A stretch of DNA of 64,000 nucleotides from a virus. Both the position numbers and the translations under genes were made by a program. How positions within the stretch are numbered: position 1 is the first letter of the stretch; the number at the start of each line of letters is the position of its first letter. Below, piece after piece: positions 27,863-37,332 of the stretch. Below the pieces are notes generated by a model that was not told the origin of the DNA, made no database searches, and saw only the letters and a list, made by a program, of their open reading frames with translations. The stretch is from positions 1 through 64,000 of IMG/VR virus record IMGVR_UViG_3300045988_149268. One strand, given 5' to 3'.

Positions 27863-28343
27863 TATTTATACAGATGGTAGCGCTACCAAAGAGCAATCGG
27901 GCTTTGGTTTTGTTGTCATAGACATAAATCAGACTATTATTCATATGGTTTCACAAGTTCTTCCTCCCTCTATTACAAATCAACAAGCTGAACTGCTGGG
28001 AGCAATTGCTGGATACCATTGGATAAAAAATAATATAAAAAATGTTTTTTAGATTAATATATATTCTGATAGTGCGTATTTAGTAAACTGCTATATGCAA
28101 CAATGGTATAAAAAATGGATTAATAACGGCTGGATTAATTCAAAAGGTCAAGATGTTGCCAATAAACCACTATGGTTAGAATTATTGCCTGCATTTAATG
28201 ATGAAACTGTTAATTTTTTAAAAATTGCTGGACATTCAGGAAAAGTATATAATGAATTGGCGGATGCCTTGGCAACACATCGACTTGACAAAGTAAAAAA
28301 AATATATTATAATATTGAAAGAGAAAAGGAGTTAAATGAATGA
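27840..28343 (+). CDS. rnh: Ribonuclease H (1 in-frame TAG)
   Basis: YTDGS...TNQQAELLGAI...IYSDSAYLVNC...KIAGHSGKVYNELADALA catalytic DEDD pattern; track pieces 27840-28052 and 28095-28343 share frame. Confidence 0.75.
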
Positions 28344-28573
28344 AAGAAAACATTATTCAAACACCAATAGTAGAAGAAACCGAACAATCATTTTTGGACT
28401 ATTCTCTTTCTGTAATTACTGATAGAGCTATTCCATCTGCGGAAGATGGATTTAAGCCTGTTGTGAGACGTATTCTTTATGATATGTCTGATAATGGTTA
28501 TGCAAGTAACAAACAATATGTTAAATGCGCTTCTCCTGTTGGCGATACAATGGGTCGTTTTCATCCTCACGGT
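28340..28573 (+). CDS. Type IIA topoisomerase DNA-cleavage subunit (GyrA/T4 gp52-like), exon 1
   Basis: N-terminus SFLDYSLSVITDRAIPSAEDGFKPVVRRILY..GRFHPHG(D); interrupted inside conserved HPHGD-SSIYDAL. Confidence 0.75.
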
Positions 28574-29485
28574 AAAAACTAACTATTGCCGTGGCTAAAT
28601 CGCGGAAAAAATCTGGAAGGCTGAGATGCTAATCAGAGGTGAAGGCTATACAAAGTATGGCCAGCCGCAACGCATAGAGAGTGAAAAGATATAATCTCTC
28701 CACGAGGCCGCGATAATTTGGTCAGAATTTTTTAAAGTATCTATTTGATAATTTCATACTTAATGGGGATGAAAAATCACCCACATTAAGGAGGAATTAT
28801 AATGATTGAATATAATCGACACGTTTTTGATACAATAAACACAAATGAAAAAGCATACTGGTTAGGATTTATCGTCGCTGATGGATATTTAAATGATAAT
28901 AAAAATATGTTAAGAATAAAACTCGGCGATAAAGATAAACGTCATTTAGAAAAATTCATTAAATTTTTAGATGGCGATGACTCAATGCTAAAAAAAGAAA
29001 TCAACAGTATAACTGGGAATGTTTAGTGGTATGTATCAACTTACGCGCCACAAATTCATGAGGCTTTAAAACAATTAAAAGTAGAGCAAGCAAAGAGTGG
29101 GAAAGAACATATCCCTCCTATCAGCTCCTGTTATTATAGAGATTTTATCAGAGGGTTGTGGGATGGAGATGGATTTATTAGAGAGAATTTAAGTGGTATT
29201 GGATTAGTTGGCTCTTATGAGTGTTTAGCTTTTGTTTAGGAAGTTTTTGAAACGGAGTTAAAAATTCAACCACTAAAAATTTATTCTCATTGCAATACGT
29301 ATAAAATTGAATATCGCTCTACAAAAAAATCAATTCCATTAATTATGAATTATTTATATCAAGATAAGGATGTAGCACTTGATAGAAAAATGGAATTAGC
29401 TGACCGAATTAAAAAGATATGCTAAACTTACATAAATAAAAATGTAAGAATTATAGGATAAAAAGCCTATAAGGTAATAATATTG
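28574..29485 (+). mobile_element. Group I intron in gyrA-like gene carrying LAGLIDADG homing endonuclease
   Basis: Exon1 ends HPHG (T at junction), exon2 begins DSSIYGALVGIAQ; intron ends in G. Confidence 0.7.
28802..29425 (+). CDS. LAGLIDADG homing endonuclease (intron-encoded; 2 in-frame TAG)
   Basis: Two LAGLIDADG motifs: LGFIVADGYL and LWDGDGFI; RBS aaggaggaattataatg. Confidence 0.7.
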
Positions 29486-31627
29486 GATAGTAGTATTTAT
29501 GGCGCTTTGGTTGGTATCGCTCAGCCATGGACAATGCGGTATCCATTGATTGATTTTCATGGCAATTGTGGTAGTCGTGATGGTGATGGGCCTGCTGCAT
29601 ATCGTTATACAGAATGTCGATTGGCTCCAATCGCAGAAGCGACTTTGGAAGATATTAAAAAGAATACGGTAGATTGGCAAACTACATATGCAGAAACAGA
29701 AAAAGAACCTGTTTATCTCCCGGGGCGGTTTCCGAATCTTTTGTGCAATGGAACAACGGGTATTGCTGTTGCAATGGCTTGTTCTTTTGCTCCACATAAT
29801 CTAAATGAAGTAATTGACGCAGCAATTTTTTATATGAATAATAGAGATGCTACCGCAGCAGATTTATGTGATTATGTTAAAGGTCCAGATTTTCCCACTG
29901 GCGGTGTAGTTATTAACAAAAATGAGCTAAAAACCGCATATACTACTGGTAGAGGAAAAGCTCGTATCCGCGGTGAATATATTGTAGAAACTGGAAGAAC
30001 ACATGATACTCTTGTATTTACAAGCATTCCATACAAAGTTTCAAAAGAAACCTTGGCAGAAGAAATCGACAAACTCTGTGAAACAAAAGAGATAGAAGGA
30101 ATTGCAGAAATTCGCGATGAAAGTAATAAAAAAGGCGTCCGATTTGTAATTGAAATTCAAAAAGGATATAGCGCCGAGGTTGTAGCGAATAAGTTATATA
30201 AATTAACTGATTTGGAAACTACTTATAGTTTTAATCAAGTTGCTCTTGTAAATAAAGCTCCAAAATTAATGACACTAAAAGACTTAATTCAAGAATATGT
30301 AAAACATCAAGAAGATGTTTTCAATAGACGTTGTAAATTTGAACTTGAAAAATTGAATACACGTATTCATATTCTACAGGGTCTTGTAAAAGCATCTGAA
30401 AATATTGATAAAATTATTCAAGTTATTAAACGTTCTGAAGACACGGCAAGAGCAAGAAATAATCTAATGGATGTATATCTTTTTACTGAGGCGCAGGCGC
30501 AAGCTATTTTGGATATGAAGTTAAGTAAATTAGCTCATATTGAAAAAGTAGCTTTGGAAAGAGAACTTGAAGATAAACAATCCACAGCGGAAAAACTACT
30601 TGTTATTTTAAACGATCCCGCTGTTGCACAAAAAACTTTGTGTGAAGAGTTGCTTAGTTTTAAATTAAGATTCGGCGATGCTCGTAGAACTAAAATCGAA
30701 CAAATTAATATTACACCAGAAGAAAAAGAAGTAATTGAAATTCAATCAGAAGATTGCGTAGTTTTGGTTACTGAAACTGGAAATATTAAGAGAATGACAA
30801 CGAGTGCATTTAAAGCACAAAAAAGAAATGGGCAAGGTGTAAAAACACAAAACGATATTACACATAGCATAATTTCTACCAATACTATTGATGCGTTAAT
30901 GGTATTTACAAATTATGGTAGAGTTTATAAAGTTTCAGTAAATGATATTCCCGCAGGTAATAATGTTTTTAGAGGCGTGCCAATTAATACTCTTGTTTCA
31001 ATGGACGCCAAAGAAAAATTCATTGCAATTGCTTCTGTTGAGCGTGGGACAAAAGAAGGGCAATATGTATGGTTCGCCACGAAAAATGGTCTTATTAAGA
31101 AAACCGCATTGTCTGAATATGCCGGAGTTAAACGTAAAACAGGTATTACAGCAACGAATATAAAAGATGGCGACGAACTTGTGAGTGTTTTTGTCGCTCC
31201 TGATTGTCAGCTTATGTTCTTTACTGAAAATGGAATGAGTCTTCGTATCAATGGTAAAGACATTGGCGCAACTGCGAGAACAAGCATCGGTGTTAAAGGT
31301 ATCGCATTAAAAGATGATGACAAAACCGCGGTTGTTATTCCTTGTTTTAATGAAACTGAAGTTATTTTGGCTTTTGATAATGGAACAATAAAACGAGTGC
31401 CGATTAAAGAATTTACAATTCAGAATCGAGCTGGTAAAGGTTTAATCTGCGCTAAAAATTGTAAAATTATTGATGCTGTTGCTATTAATGCTACGGATAA
31501 AATATTTGTTGCTGGGACAATATCTAATATTTGTCTTGCAGTATCAGAAATTACTTTGGGCTCTCGTGCTTCAACTGGAATTAAAGCAATTAAAAATGGT
31601 GACATTATCGCCATTACAAAGGTATGA
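29486..31627 (+). CDS. Type IIA topoisomerase GyrA-like subunit, exon 2
   Basis: DSSIY...RYPLIDFHGNCGSRDGDGPAAYRYTECRL... GyrA breakage-reunion domain and beta-pinwheel-like C-terminus. Confidence 0.75.
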   Translation, partial: DSSIYGALVGIAQPWTMRYPLIDFHGNCGSRDGDGPAAYRYTECRLAPIAEATLEDIKKNTVDWQTTYAETEKEPVYLPGRFPNLLCNGTTGIAVAMACSFAPHNLNEVIDAAIFYMNNRDATAADLCDYVKGPDFPTGGVVINKNELKTAYTTGRGKARIRGEYIVETGRTHDTLVFTSIPYKVSKETLAEEIDKLCETKEIEGIAEIRDESNKKGVRFVIEIQKGYSAEVVANKLYKLTDLETTYSFNQVALVNKAPKLMTLKDLIQEYVKHQEDVFNRRCKFELEKLNTRIHILQGLVKASENIDKIIQVIKRSEDTARARNNLMDVYLFTEAQAQAILDMKLSKLAHIEKVALERELEDKQSTAEKLLVILNDPAVAQKTLCEELLSFKLRFGDARRTKIEQINITPEEKEVIEIQSEDCVVLVTETGNIKRMTTSAFKAQKRNGQGVKTQNDITHSIISTNTIDALMVFTNYGRVYKVSVNDIPAGNNVFRGVPINTLVSMDAKEKFIAIASVERGTKEGQYVWFATKNGLIKKTALSEYAGVKRKTGITATNIKDGDELVSVFVAPDCQLMFFTENGMSLRINGKDIGATARTSIGVKGIALKDDDKTAVVIPCFNETEVILAFDNGTIKRVPIKEFTIQNRAGKGLICAKNCKIIDAVAINATDKIFVAGTISNICLAVSEITLGSRASTGIKAIKNGDIIAITKV

Positions 31628-31650
31628 GCAAAAACTCATACCTTTGACTT
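31624..31650 (+). terminator. Rho-independent terminator
   Basis: GGTATGAG-CAAAAAC-TCATACC hairpin then TTTGACTTT. Confidence 0.6.
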
Positions 31651-31672
31651 TATTAAAAATTTTTGATATAAT
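31644..31672 (+). promoter_or_regulatory. Sigma-A type promoter TTGACT-N17-TATAAT
   Basis: Promoter-family member. Confidence 0.55.
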
Positions 31673-31700
31673 AAATTATAAGAAAGAGAGAGGTTATGAA

Positions 31701-32846
31701 ATGCTCTGTATTCTTCCAATGAAAATTAATAAAATCCCAAAAGGGAAAGAGTCAATGCTTCCATCTCTTTGCGCGAGTGGCAATTATTTTGCAGAATTAA
31801 AGAAAGATGGATATTGGTATGAATTTGAAAAATCTGAAGATGGTTCTTTTTTGTTTAGTTCTAATATTAGTGCAACAACTGGAACTCTTGTGGAGAAATC
31901 TGCAAATGTTCCACACATTATGGAAGCTATGAATGTTCTTCCTATTGGCACAGTAATTGTTGGCGAAATTTATTATCCAGGCAAGACGTCAAAAGATGTA
32001 ACTCCAATTATGGGGTGTTTGCCTGAAAAAGCAATAGAAAGACAAAATGGTGAATTTGGTCAGCTTCATTATTATATTCATGATATTTTATTTTATGATG
32101 GAAAAGACTTGCGTGAATACGGTGCTTGGATTCGATACCAACTTTTGAAAAAAGTATATTTTAAACACGGATTAAATTATTGTGAATCTTTTATTGAGTT
32201 GGCGGATGCTATAACAGATAATATTGAAGAAGCTATTCATTCTGCTCTTGATGCAGGAGAAGAAGGAATGGTTCTTAAAAAGAAAACTTCTCCATATTAC
32301 ACTGGTAAGCGTTCACCGGTTTGGGAAACCATTAAGGTTAAAAAGTCAGATACTTGTGATGCTATTCTTATGGGCTATTGTTCTCCAACTAAATATTATG
32401 ATGGAAAACTTGATGTGCAGACCAACTATTGCGGAAAAGACGCTTCTGAATGGCCATATTGGGTAGTTGAACAACTTGATTTAAATACGCATAATTTACT
32501 ATCAGAGAAAAAGGTGCCAGTTGGTAAGTTTGAAGTCATCAAAGGCATAAATTTTAGAACTATGCCAGTAACAAAAGCATATTATTATGGCTGGGTTACT
32601 TCAATTCGTATCGGCGCTTTTGATAAAAATGGGCAAATAAGAGAAATCGGTACTGTTTCTTCTGGTTTGACTGATGAATTTGAAGCAGATTTTGCCCAAC
32701 ATCCAACCAAGTATTTGGGCAGAGTCGTTGAGTTAGCAGGTATGGAAAAGAATAATGATGACCATACTTTGCGGCACTTTTACTTTAAAGGATTTAGAGA
32801 AGATAAAAGTGCTAATGAGTGTTTGATTGATGAAATATTCTCTTGA
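31701..32846 (+). CDS. ATP-dependent DNA ligase
   Basis: Motif I ELKKDGYW, motif IV EGMVLKK, motif V TIKVKK; real start ATG 31701 after RBS gagagaggttat (track ORF over-extended from 31470). Confidence 0.7.
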   Translation: MLCILPMKINKIPKGKESMLPSLCASGNYFAELKKDGYWYEFEKSEDGSFLFSSNISATTGTLVEKSANVPHIMEAMNVLPIGTVIVGEIYYPGKTSKDVTPIMGCLPEKAIERQNGEFGQLHYYIHDILFYDGKDLREYGAWIRYQLLKKVYFKHGLNYCESFIELADAITDNIEEAIHSALDAGEEGMVLKKKTSPYYTGKRSPVWETIKVKKSDTCDAILMGYCSPTKYYDGKLDVQTNYCGKDASEWPYWVVEQLDLNTHNLLSEKKVPVGKFEVIKGINFRTMPVTKAYYYGWVTSIRIGAFDKNGQIREIGTVSSGLTDEFEADFAQHPTKYLGRVVELAGMEKNNDDHTLRHFYFKGFREDKSANECLIDEIFS

Positions 32847-32871
32847 TTTTTTAAAAAATTTTTGGTATAAT
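32843..32871 (+). promoter_or_regulatory. Sigma-A type promoter TTGATT-N17-TATAAT (first of two tandem promoters)
   Basis: Consensus hexamers. Confidence 0.5.
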
Positions 32872-32901
32872 TAATATATCAAAAGTGATTGAAGAAAGAA
32901 A

Positions 32902-32930
32902 TTGACTTTTGAAAAAATTTATTGTATAAT
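32902..32930 (+). promoter_or_regulatory. Sigma-A type promoter TTGACT-N17-TGTATAAT (second tandem promoter)
   Basis: Consensus -35, 17-nt spacer, extended -10. Confidence 0.6.
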
Positions 32931-32961
32931 ATACTTGTAAATTGAGGAAAGGAAAAATTTT

Positions 32962-33162
32962 ATGACTAAGAAGCAGATGAAGCAGCTTGCCACCAAGATT
33001 GCTAATCTTGAGACTATTATTCAGACCAGTAATGATGAAAACGCGATTCGAGAAGCAAAGAACAGAATGATTCAGTTAAATGAATCCGCAGAGCTTGATT
33101 TGAATGATATGATTAAGTTGGATGCTATGATTAGTGATTTGCTAAATAAAGAAAAAATTTGA
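32962..33162 (+). CDS. Hypothetical small protein
   Basis: 66-aa ORF with RBS gaggaaaggaaaaattttatg. Confidence 0.5.
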   Translation: MTKKQMKQLATKIANLETIIQTSNDENAIREAKNRMIQLNESAELDLNDMIKLDAMISDLLNKEKI

Positions 33163-33187
33163 CTTTCTAAAAAATTTATTGTATAAT
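33159..33187 (+). promoter_or_regulatory. Sigma-A type promoter TTGACT-N17-TGTATAAT, near-duplicate of 32902 promoter
   Basis: aaatttgactttctaaaaaatttattgtataat repeats the 32895-32930 sequence. Confidence 0.6.
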
Positions 33188-33278
33188 TAATATGGTTAAT
33201 AACTGATGAATAACGTCAGATTATTATAAATAAAAAAAATATTTTAGAATGCTCTAAGAGCAAAAGGAGAAATGAATT

Positions 33279-33551
33279 ATGGCTATGAAGGAAAATACTA
33301 AGCGCGTTATTACTTATCTACAGGGTCTCGATGCTAATACTGACGTTACTGCCGCTGATGTGGCTGAAGCTCTCGGAATGGAGAAACGTTCCGTTGATGG
33401 TGTGTTTACCTCTGCGATTCAGCGCAAGGAACTCGGTATTCGTGTAGAGGCTGAGATCGAGCTTGAGGATGGCACCCATAAGAAGGTTAAGTTCTTGAAG
33501 CTGAATGATGCTGGCATGGCGATTGATGTTAATGCCGAAGCTGCTGAGTAA
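33279..33551 (+). CDS. Hypothetical protein (GC-richer)
   Basis: 90-aa ORF with RBS aaaaggagaaatgaatt, followed by terminator. Confidence 0.5.
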   Translation: MAMKENTKRVITYLQGLDANTDVTAADVAEALGMEKRSVDGVFTSAIQRKELGIRVEAEIELEDGTHKKVKFLKLNDAGMAIDVNAEAAE

Positions 33552-33561
33552 TTAAATTATA

Positions 33562-33598
33562 TGGGGAGGATGAGTGAAATATTCGTCCTCCCTTTTTT
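33562..33598 (+). terminator. Rho-independent terminator
   Basis: GGGGAGGATGAGTG-AAATATTCG-TCCTCCC then TTTTTTAA. Confidence 0.65.
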
Positions 33599-33609
33599 AA
33601 GAGGTGCCT

Positions 33610-34593
33610 ATGCCAGCTATAATTTTAGGAATTATTTGCGGCTTACTCGTTTGTTGTAACTGCTTTTTAATTTTTCGGATTGGGAAAAATATAAAAGAAG
33701 AACAAAAAACTAAAGAAGCCGTAAATTATTAGAATAATAACTTACAGTAGTTAATAACTAATTGTAAGGATTTAGAAGAAAAACAAGATGATTTGTATGA
33801 ATATAAAAAATATTTGGATTCATAGGTGTCCGCGGCCAAAGAAGAATATAATATGCTTCAATAGTATTGTGAACACGCAAATCAAGAATATCATACAAAA
33901 ATATCGTTGATGGAATCTTCACAAAAGACAAAAGAATAGGAATTAATTCAAAAATATAATATTTTATGTGAAGAACAAGAAGAGCGTTTAGGAGAAGTCT
34001 CACGCGACTTTCTAACAGAATGGCGTAAAATAAGTGAAAAACTTTTAAATGATAAAAACGCTTTGGCGGCACAAGTTGAAGAGGAACGCGCCACTTTAAA
34101 TGCTGCTATTGATGCTGCAAAAAGGGCATAGCTTGAACAAATTAAAAAAGATTATTATAAAATTATGCTCGATTCAGTCGCGTAGAAAGATATTGAGCAT
34201 TTGCGCTCTATTGAACCATTATTAACTAGACCAGAGTCATTAAATAAAATTATTTGGAAAGTTTATTATGAAAAACCAGTCTCTGATATGATTGGTAGAG
34301 TTGTCGGCGACACAACTAAAACGGGTATATATAAAATAACGCATTGCGCGAGTGAAATGGCTTATGTTGGTTAGGCTGTTGATATTGCTTCACGTTGGCG
34401 TCAACATATAAAGCGAGGACTTGGTGCAGAAACGCCAACACAAAATAAATTATATCCAGCAATGAAAAAGTTTGGGCCAGAAGCATTTATGTTTGAAATT
34501 CTTGAAGAATGTGATAGAAGTAAATTAGATGAACGTGAAGATTATTGGCAAGATTTTTACCGAGTTAAAGAATTTGGATATAGTATAAAATAA
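33610..34593 (+). CDS. Membrane-anchored coiled-coil protein with C-terminal GIY-YIG nuclease domain (8 in-frame TAG)
   Basis: N-terminal TM IILGIICGLLVCC, long coiled coil, C-terminal GIYKITHCASEMAYVG-Q-AVDIASRWRQH GIY-YIG motif; frame open from ATG 33610 to TAA 34591 except TAG; not in ORF track because of TAGs. Confidence 0.55.
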
Positions 34594-34607
34594 GGAGCGT
34601 ATAAAAA

Positions 34608-34898
34608 ATGTATAGAATTATTGATGGGCGAGGAACGGGAAAGACCAGTCGCTTGATGCTTATAGCAAAAGAAAATAATGCTGTTTTTGTTTGCTCAAAT
34701 ACAAAAGCTATGGAGATAAAAGCGCACACATATGGCCTTACTGGGATACTTTTTATGTCTTATCGTGAATTTAATGAAGTAATACGTAACAAAGGCTACC
34801 TTGATCGTAACGTAGTTATTGATGACCTTGAAGCCTATATAAATTATACTATATCGCCAACTTTTAAATTTGTCGGATATGCAATTAATGAGGATTAA
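34608..34898 (+). CDS. Small P-loop (GxGKTS) protein, paralog A
   Basis: MYRIIDGRGTGKTSRLM...; tandem duplicate of next gene. Confidence 0.55.
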   Translation: MYRIIDGRGTGKTSRLMLIAKENNAVFVCSNTKAMEIKAHTYGLTGILFMSYREFNEVIRNKGYLDRNVVIDDLEAYINYTISPTFKFVGYAINED

Positions 34899-34937
34899 CT
34901 ATAAGATTCGAGTTAGTATAAATAAGGAGTATATGAA

Positions 34938-35240
34938 ATGTATAGAATAATTGATGGACGTGGCACCGGAAAAACAAGCAAATTAATGCGACTCGCAAAA
35001 GAGCGTAATGCAATATTCGTGTGCGCGGCTCCAAAAGCCATGGAAATTAAATCTCACGCTTATGGTATTACAGGTATTCGTTTTATTTCTTATCGTGAAT
35101 TTAAAAATATGCTTAATGACGAATTTCTTGATGAAGGTGGTTTCGTTGGAGATGTCGTTATCGATGAGCTAGAATCTTATATGAATTATACTTTAGGCAC
35201 AGCCTTAAAATTTGTTGGATATTCAATTAGTGAGGAATAA
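34938..35240 (+). CDS. Small P-loop (GxGKTS) protein, paralog B (more GC-rich codons)
   Basis: MYRIIDGRGTGKTSKLM...; ~60 percent identical to paralog A at protein level. Confidence 0.55.
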   Translation: MYRIIDGRGTGKTSKLMRLAKERNAIFVCAAPKAMEIKSHAYGITGIRFISYREFKNMLNDEFLDEGGFVGDVVIDELESYMNYTLGTALKFVGYSISEE

Positions 35241-35242
35241 TT

Positions 35243-35953
35243 ATGAAATTTGAAAATACAGAAGTTTTTAATTTTGAAGGTGCATTGAGAGGAATGCGCA
35301 ATCCAAAAGAAAGTTGGTCTAAGTCAGATAGCTCTTGGATACCAATGGATGATCCAGATTATAATAAATTTGCAGGTTATTACATCGGCGCAAATGATAT
35401 GAGACTCGCTTAGACTCTTATTAAAGGTGGTTCGGAGCACCGCAAATTTTTGAGACAAATTTTTGTCTCTGTTGACATTACTGCTCCATTATATTGGTGG
35501 AAGGAATTTGATACCTACAAGGTAGGCACAGTAGCAAATTCGACTTCTACTATGCACAAGCTCACTTCTAAACCAATTACTATTGATTGTTTTGAAATTG
35601 ATGATTATGATCCATTGACAACAGAAGAAATTGAAACTGGTGTAAATCTTCCTGGCGAAGAACTCATTATTCAATTTTGTGAGAGTTTGCGGCAAAAATA
35701 TCTTGAAACAAAAGAGAAAAGATATTGGAAAGAATTAGTGCGCTGGTTGCCAGAAGGATGGCTACAAACTCGCACTGTGACAATGAATTATGAAAATTTA
35801 TTTACAATGTATCATCAGCGTAAAAATCATAAACAAAATGAGTGGTCAGGAAAAGATAATCAATATTATACAAATTTTATTAGTTGGATAAAAGCCTTGC
35901 CTTATAGCAAAGAATTAATTTGGGGCATCCAAGAAAATGAAATTGACAATTAG
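35243..35953 (+). CDS. Hypothetical protein with weak ThyX(Thy1)-like pattern but lacking RHR..S..RY motif (1 internal TAG)
   Basis: GGSEHRKFLRQIFVSVDITAPLYWW resembles ThyX core hydrophobic pattern; no dUMP-binding signature; function unassigned. Confidence 0.3.
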
Positions 35954-35971
35954 TAAAATTTTTGATATAAT
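35943..35971 (+). promoter_or_regulatory. Sigma-A type promoter TTGACA-N17-TATAAT
   Basis: Consensus hexamers. Confidence 0.6.
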
Positions 35972-36004
35972 ATATGTATAAGGTAAGGAAAAGGAGTAAA
36001 TCGA

Positions 36005-36376
36005 ATGACTAAATGTGAAGAGTTTTTGGCATTTGTAGATTATTTGATGCAGAATTGTAAAGAGCCTGTTAATCCATCGGAGAATGTTCAGGCTTATCTT
36101 GATGCTTTGCGTTCTTCTGAGCGAACTGGTGAAAAGAAGGAGTTTACAAATAACGGTAAAGCTATCCTTCAGTGGCTTCAGGCAGCACCTGCTGGAATGT
36201 ATAAAGCACGAGATATTGCCGAAGGAATGGGCGCAGGTTCAAAAGCAGTTTCTGGTGCAATGCGTAAGCTAGTAATGGATGAATATGTTGAAAAGGTCGG
36301 TAAAGACCCGGTTGTTTATACTATTACAGAAAAAGGAAAAAATGTTATTTTTGAAAATGAAGGAGAAAATGAATAA
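36005..36376 (+). CDS. Hypothetical protein
   Basis: 123-aa ORF with RBS aaggaaaaggag. Confidence 0.5.
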   Translation: MTKCEEFLAFVDYLMQNCKEPVNPSENVQAYLDALRSSERTGEKKEFTNNGKAILQWLQAAPAGMYKARDIAEGMGAGSKAVSGAMRKLVMDEYVEKVGKDPVVYTITEKGKNVIFENEGENE

Positions 36377-36378
36377 TT

Positions 36379-37314
36379 ATGAAAAAGATGATTAATAAGG
36401 TACATATTGAAGGTTGGGTCTATGACCATAAGTTGACTTCCAAGGTATCTGGTGAAAAGGCTAAGAACCCCGGAGTTACTTTTATTAATGGCACAATTGA
36501 CATTGCAACAGATGACAATTGCTTGAATATTGTAACCATTCACTACAGTTATGTTACTCCTGTTACTAAGCAGAATAAGCCTAATGCAACTTATAATGCT
36601 CTTAATGCGATTCTTACCGACAATAAGACGGTAGTAAAGGTTGGTAAGGAGAATGCGGTTAAGGTTCGCGCCGATACTTCTATTGGTTTGAATGAGTTTT
36701 ATTCTGACCGCAATAGTAAGGAAGAGCTTGTAAGCGCAAAGCGTAATGAGGGTGGTTTTATTCATATTATCACTGATGCTCTTGGTGAGAAAGACACCGA
36801 CCGTAATAATTGGGAAGCTGATACTGTTGTAACTAAGGTTCGTGAAGTTGAAGCTGATCCAGAGCGTAATCTTTCTGCCAAGGTCGTAATTAGTGGTTAT
36901 ATGTTTGATTTTAAGAATGCGTTGCTTCCTGTTGATGTTGTGGCATATAAGGAAAGTGCGCAGAATTATTTCCTTGGTTTGGAAGCGTCTGAATCTAATC
37001 CCACTTTTATCAAGCTAAAGGGTCAGCAGATCTCTCAGGTAATTATTCGCACTGTTACTGAAGAGTCTGCATTTGGTGATGAACCTGATGTTAAGGAATT
37101 TAAGAATACTGTTCGTGAATTTGTTGTGACTGGCGCACTTCCTCCTTATGAATGGGATAGTGAAGAATCTATTACTGCTCAGGAAATGAAGGAAGCTCTC
37201 GCTAATCGTGAGATTACAAAGGCTGAAATTAAGCAGCGTCAGGATGAATATAATGCTTCTCGTAGCACTAAGGCCCCTGCAGCCGCAGCTACTGAAGGCG
37301 AATATCATTTCTAA
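36379..37314 (+). CDS. ssb: Single-stranded DNA-binding protein-like (OB fold N-terminus, acidic C-terminal tail ending in F)
   Basis: N-term MINKVHIEGWVYDHKL resembles SSB MxNKVxLxGRL; C-terminal ..EGEYHF; sits directly upstream of Sak4-like ATPase as in many phages. Confidence 0.45.
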   Translation: MKKMINKVHIEGWVYDHKLTSKVSGEKAKNPGVTFINGTIDIATDDNCLNIVTIHYSYVTPVTKQNKPNATYNALNAILTDNKTVVKVGKENAVKVRADTSIGLNEFYSDRNSKEELVSAKRNEGGFIHIITDALGEKDTDRNNWEADTVVTKVREVEADPERNLSAKVVISGYMFDFKNALLPVDVVAYKESAQNYFLGLEASESNPTFIKLKGQQISQVIIRTVTEESAFGDEPDVKEFKNTVREFVVTGALPPYEWDSEESITAQEMKEALANREITKAEIKQRQDEYNASRSTKAPAAAATEGEYHF

Positions 37315-37332
37315 TTTAAGGAGGATATGAGA

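Noticed and set aside
31470-31700. N-terminal extension of ligase ORF from 31470 (MMLLLLML...)
   Set aside because: The extension overlaps the upstream gyrA-like gene and terminator and has no RBS. The true start is ATG 31701 after a GAGAGAGG RBS.
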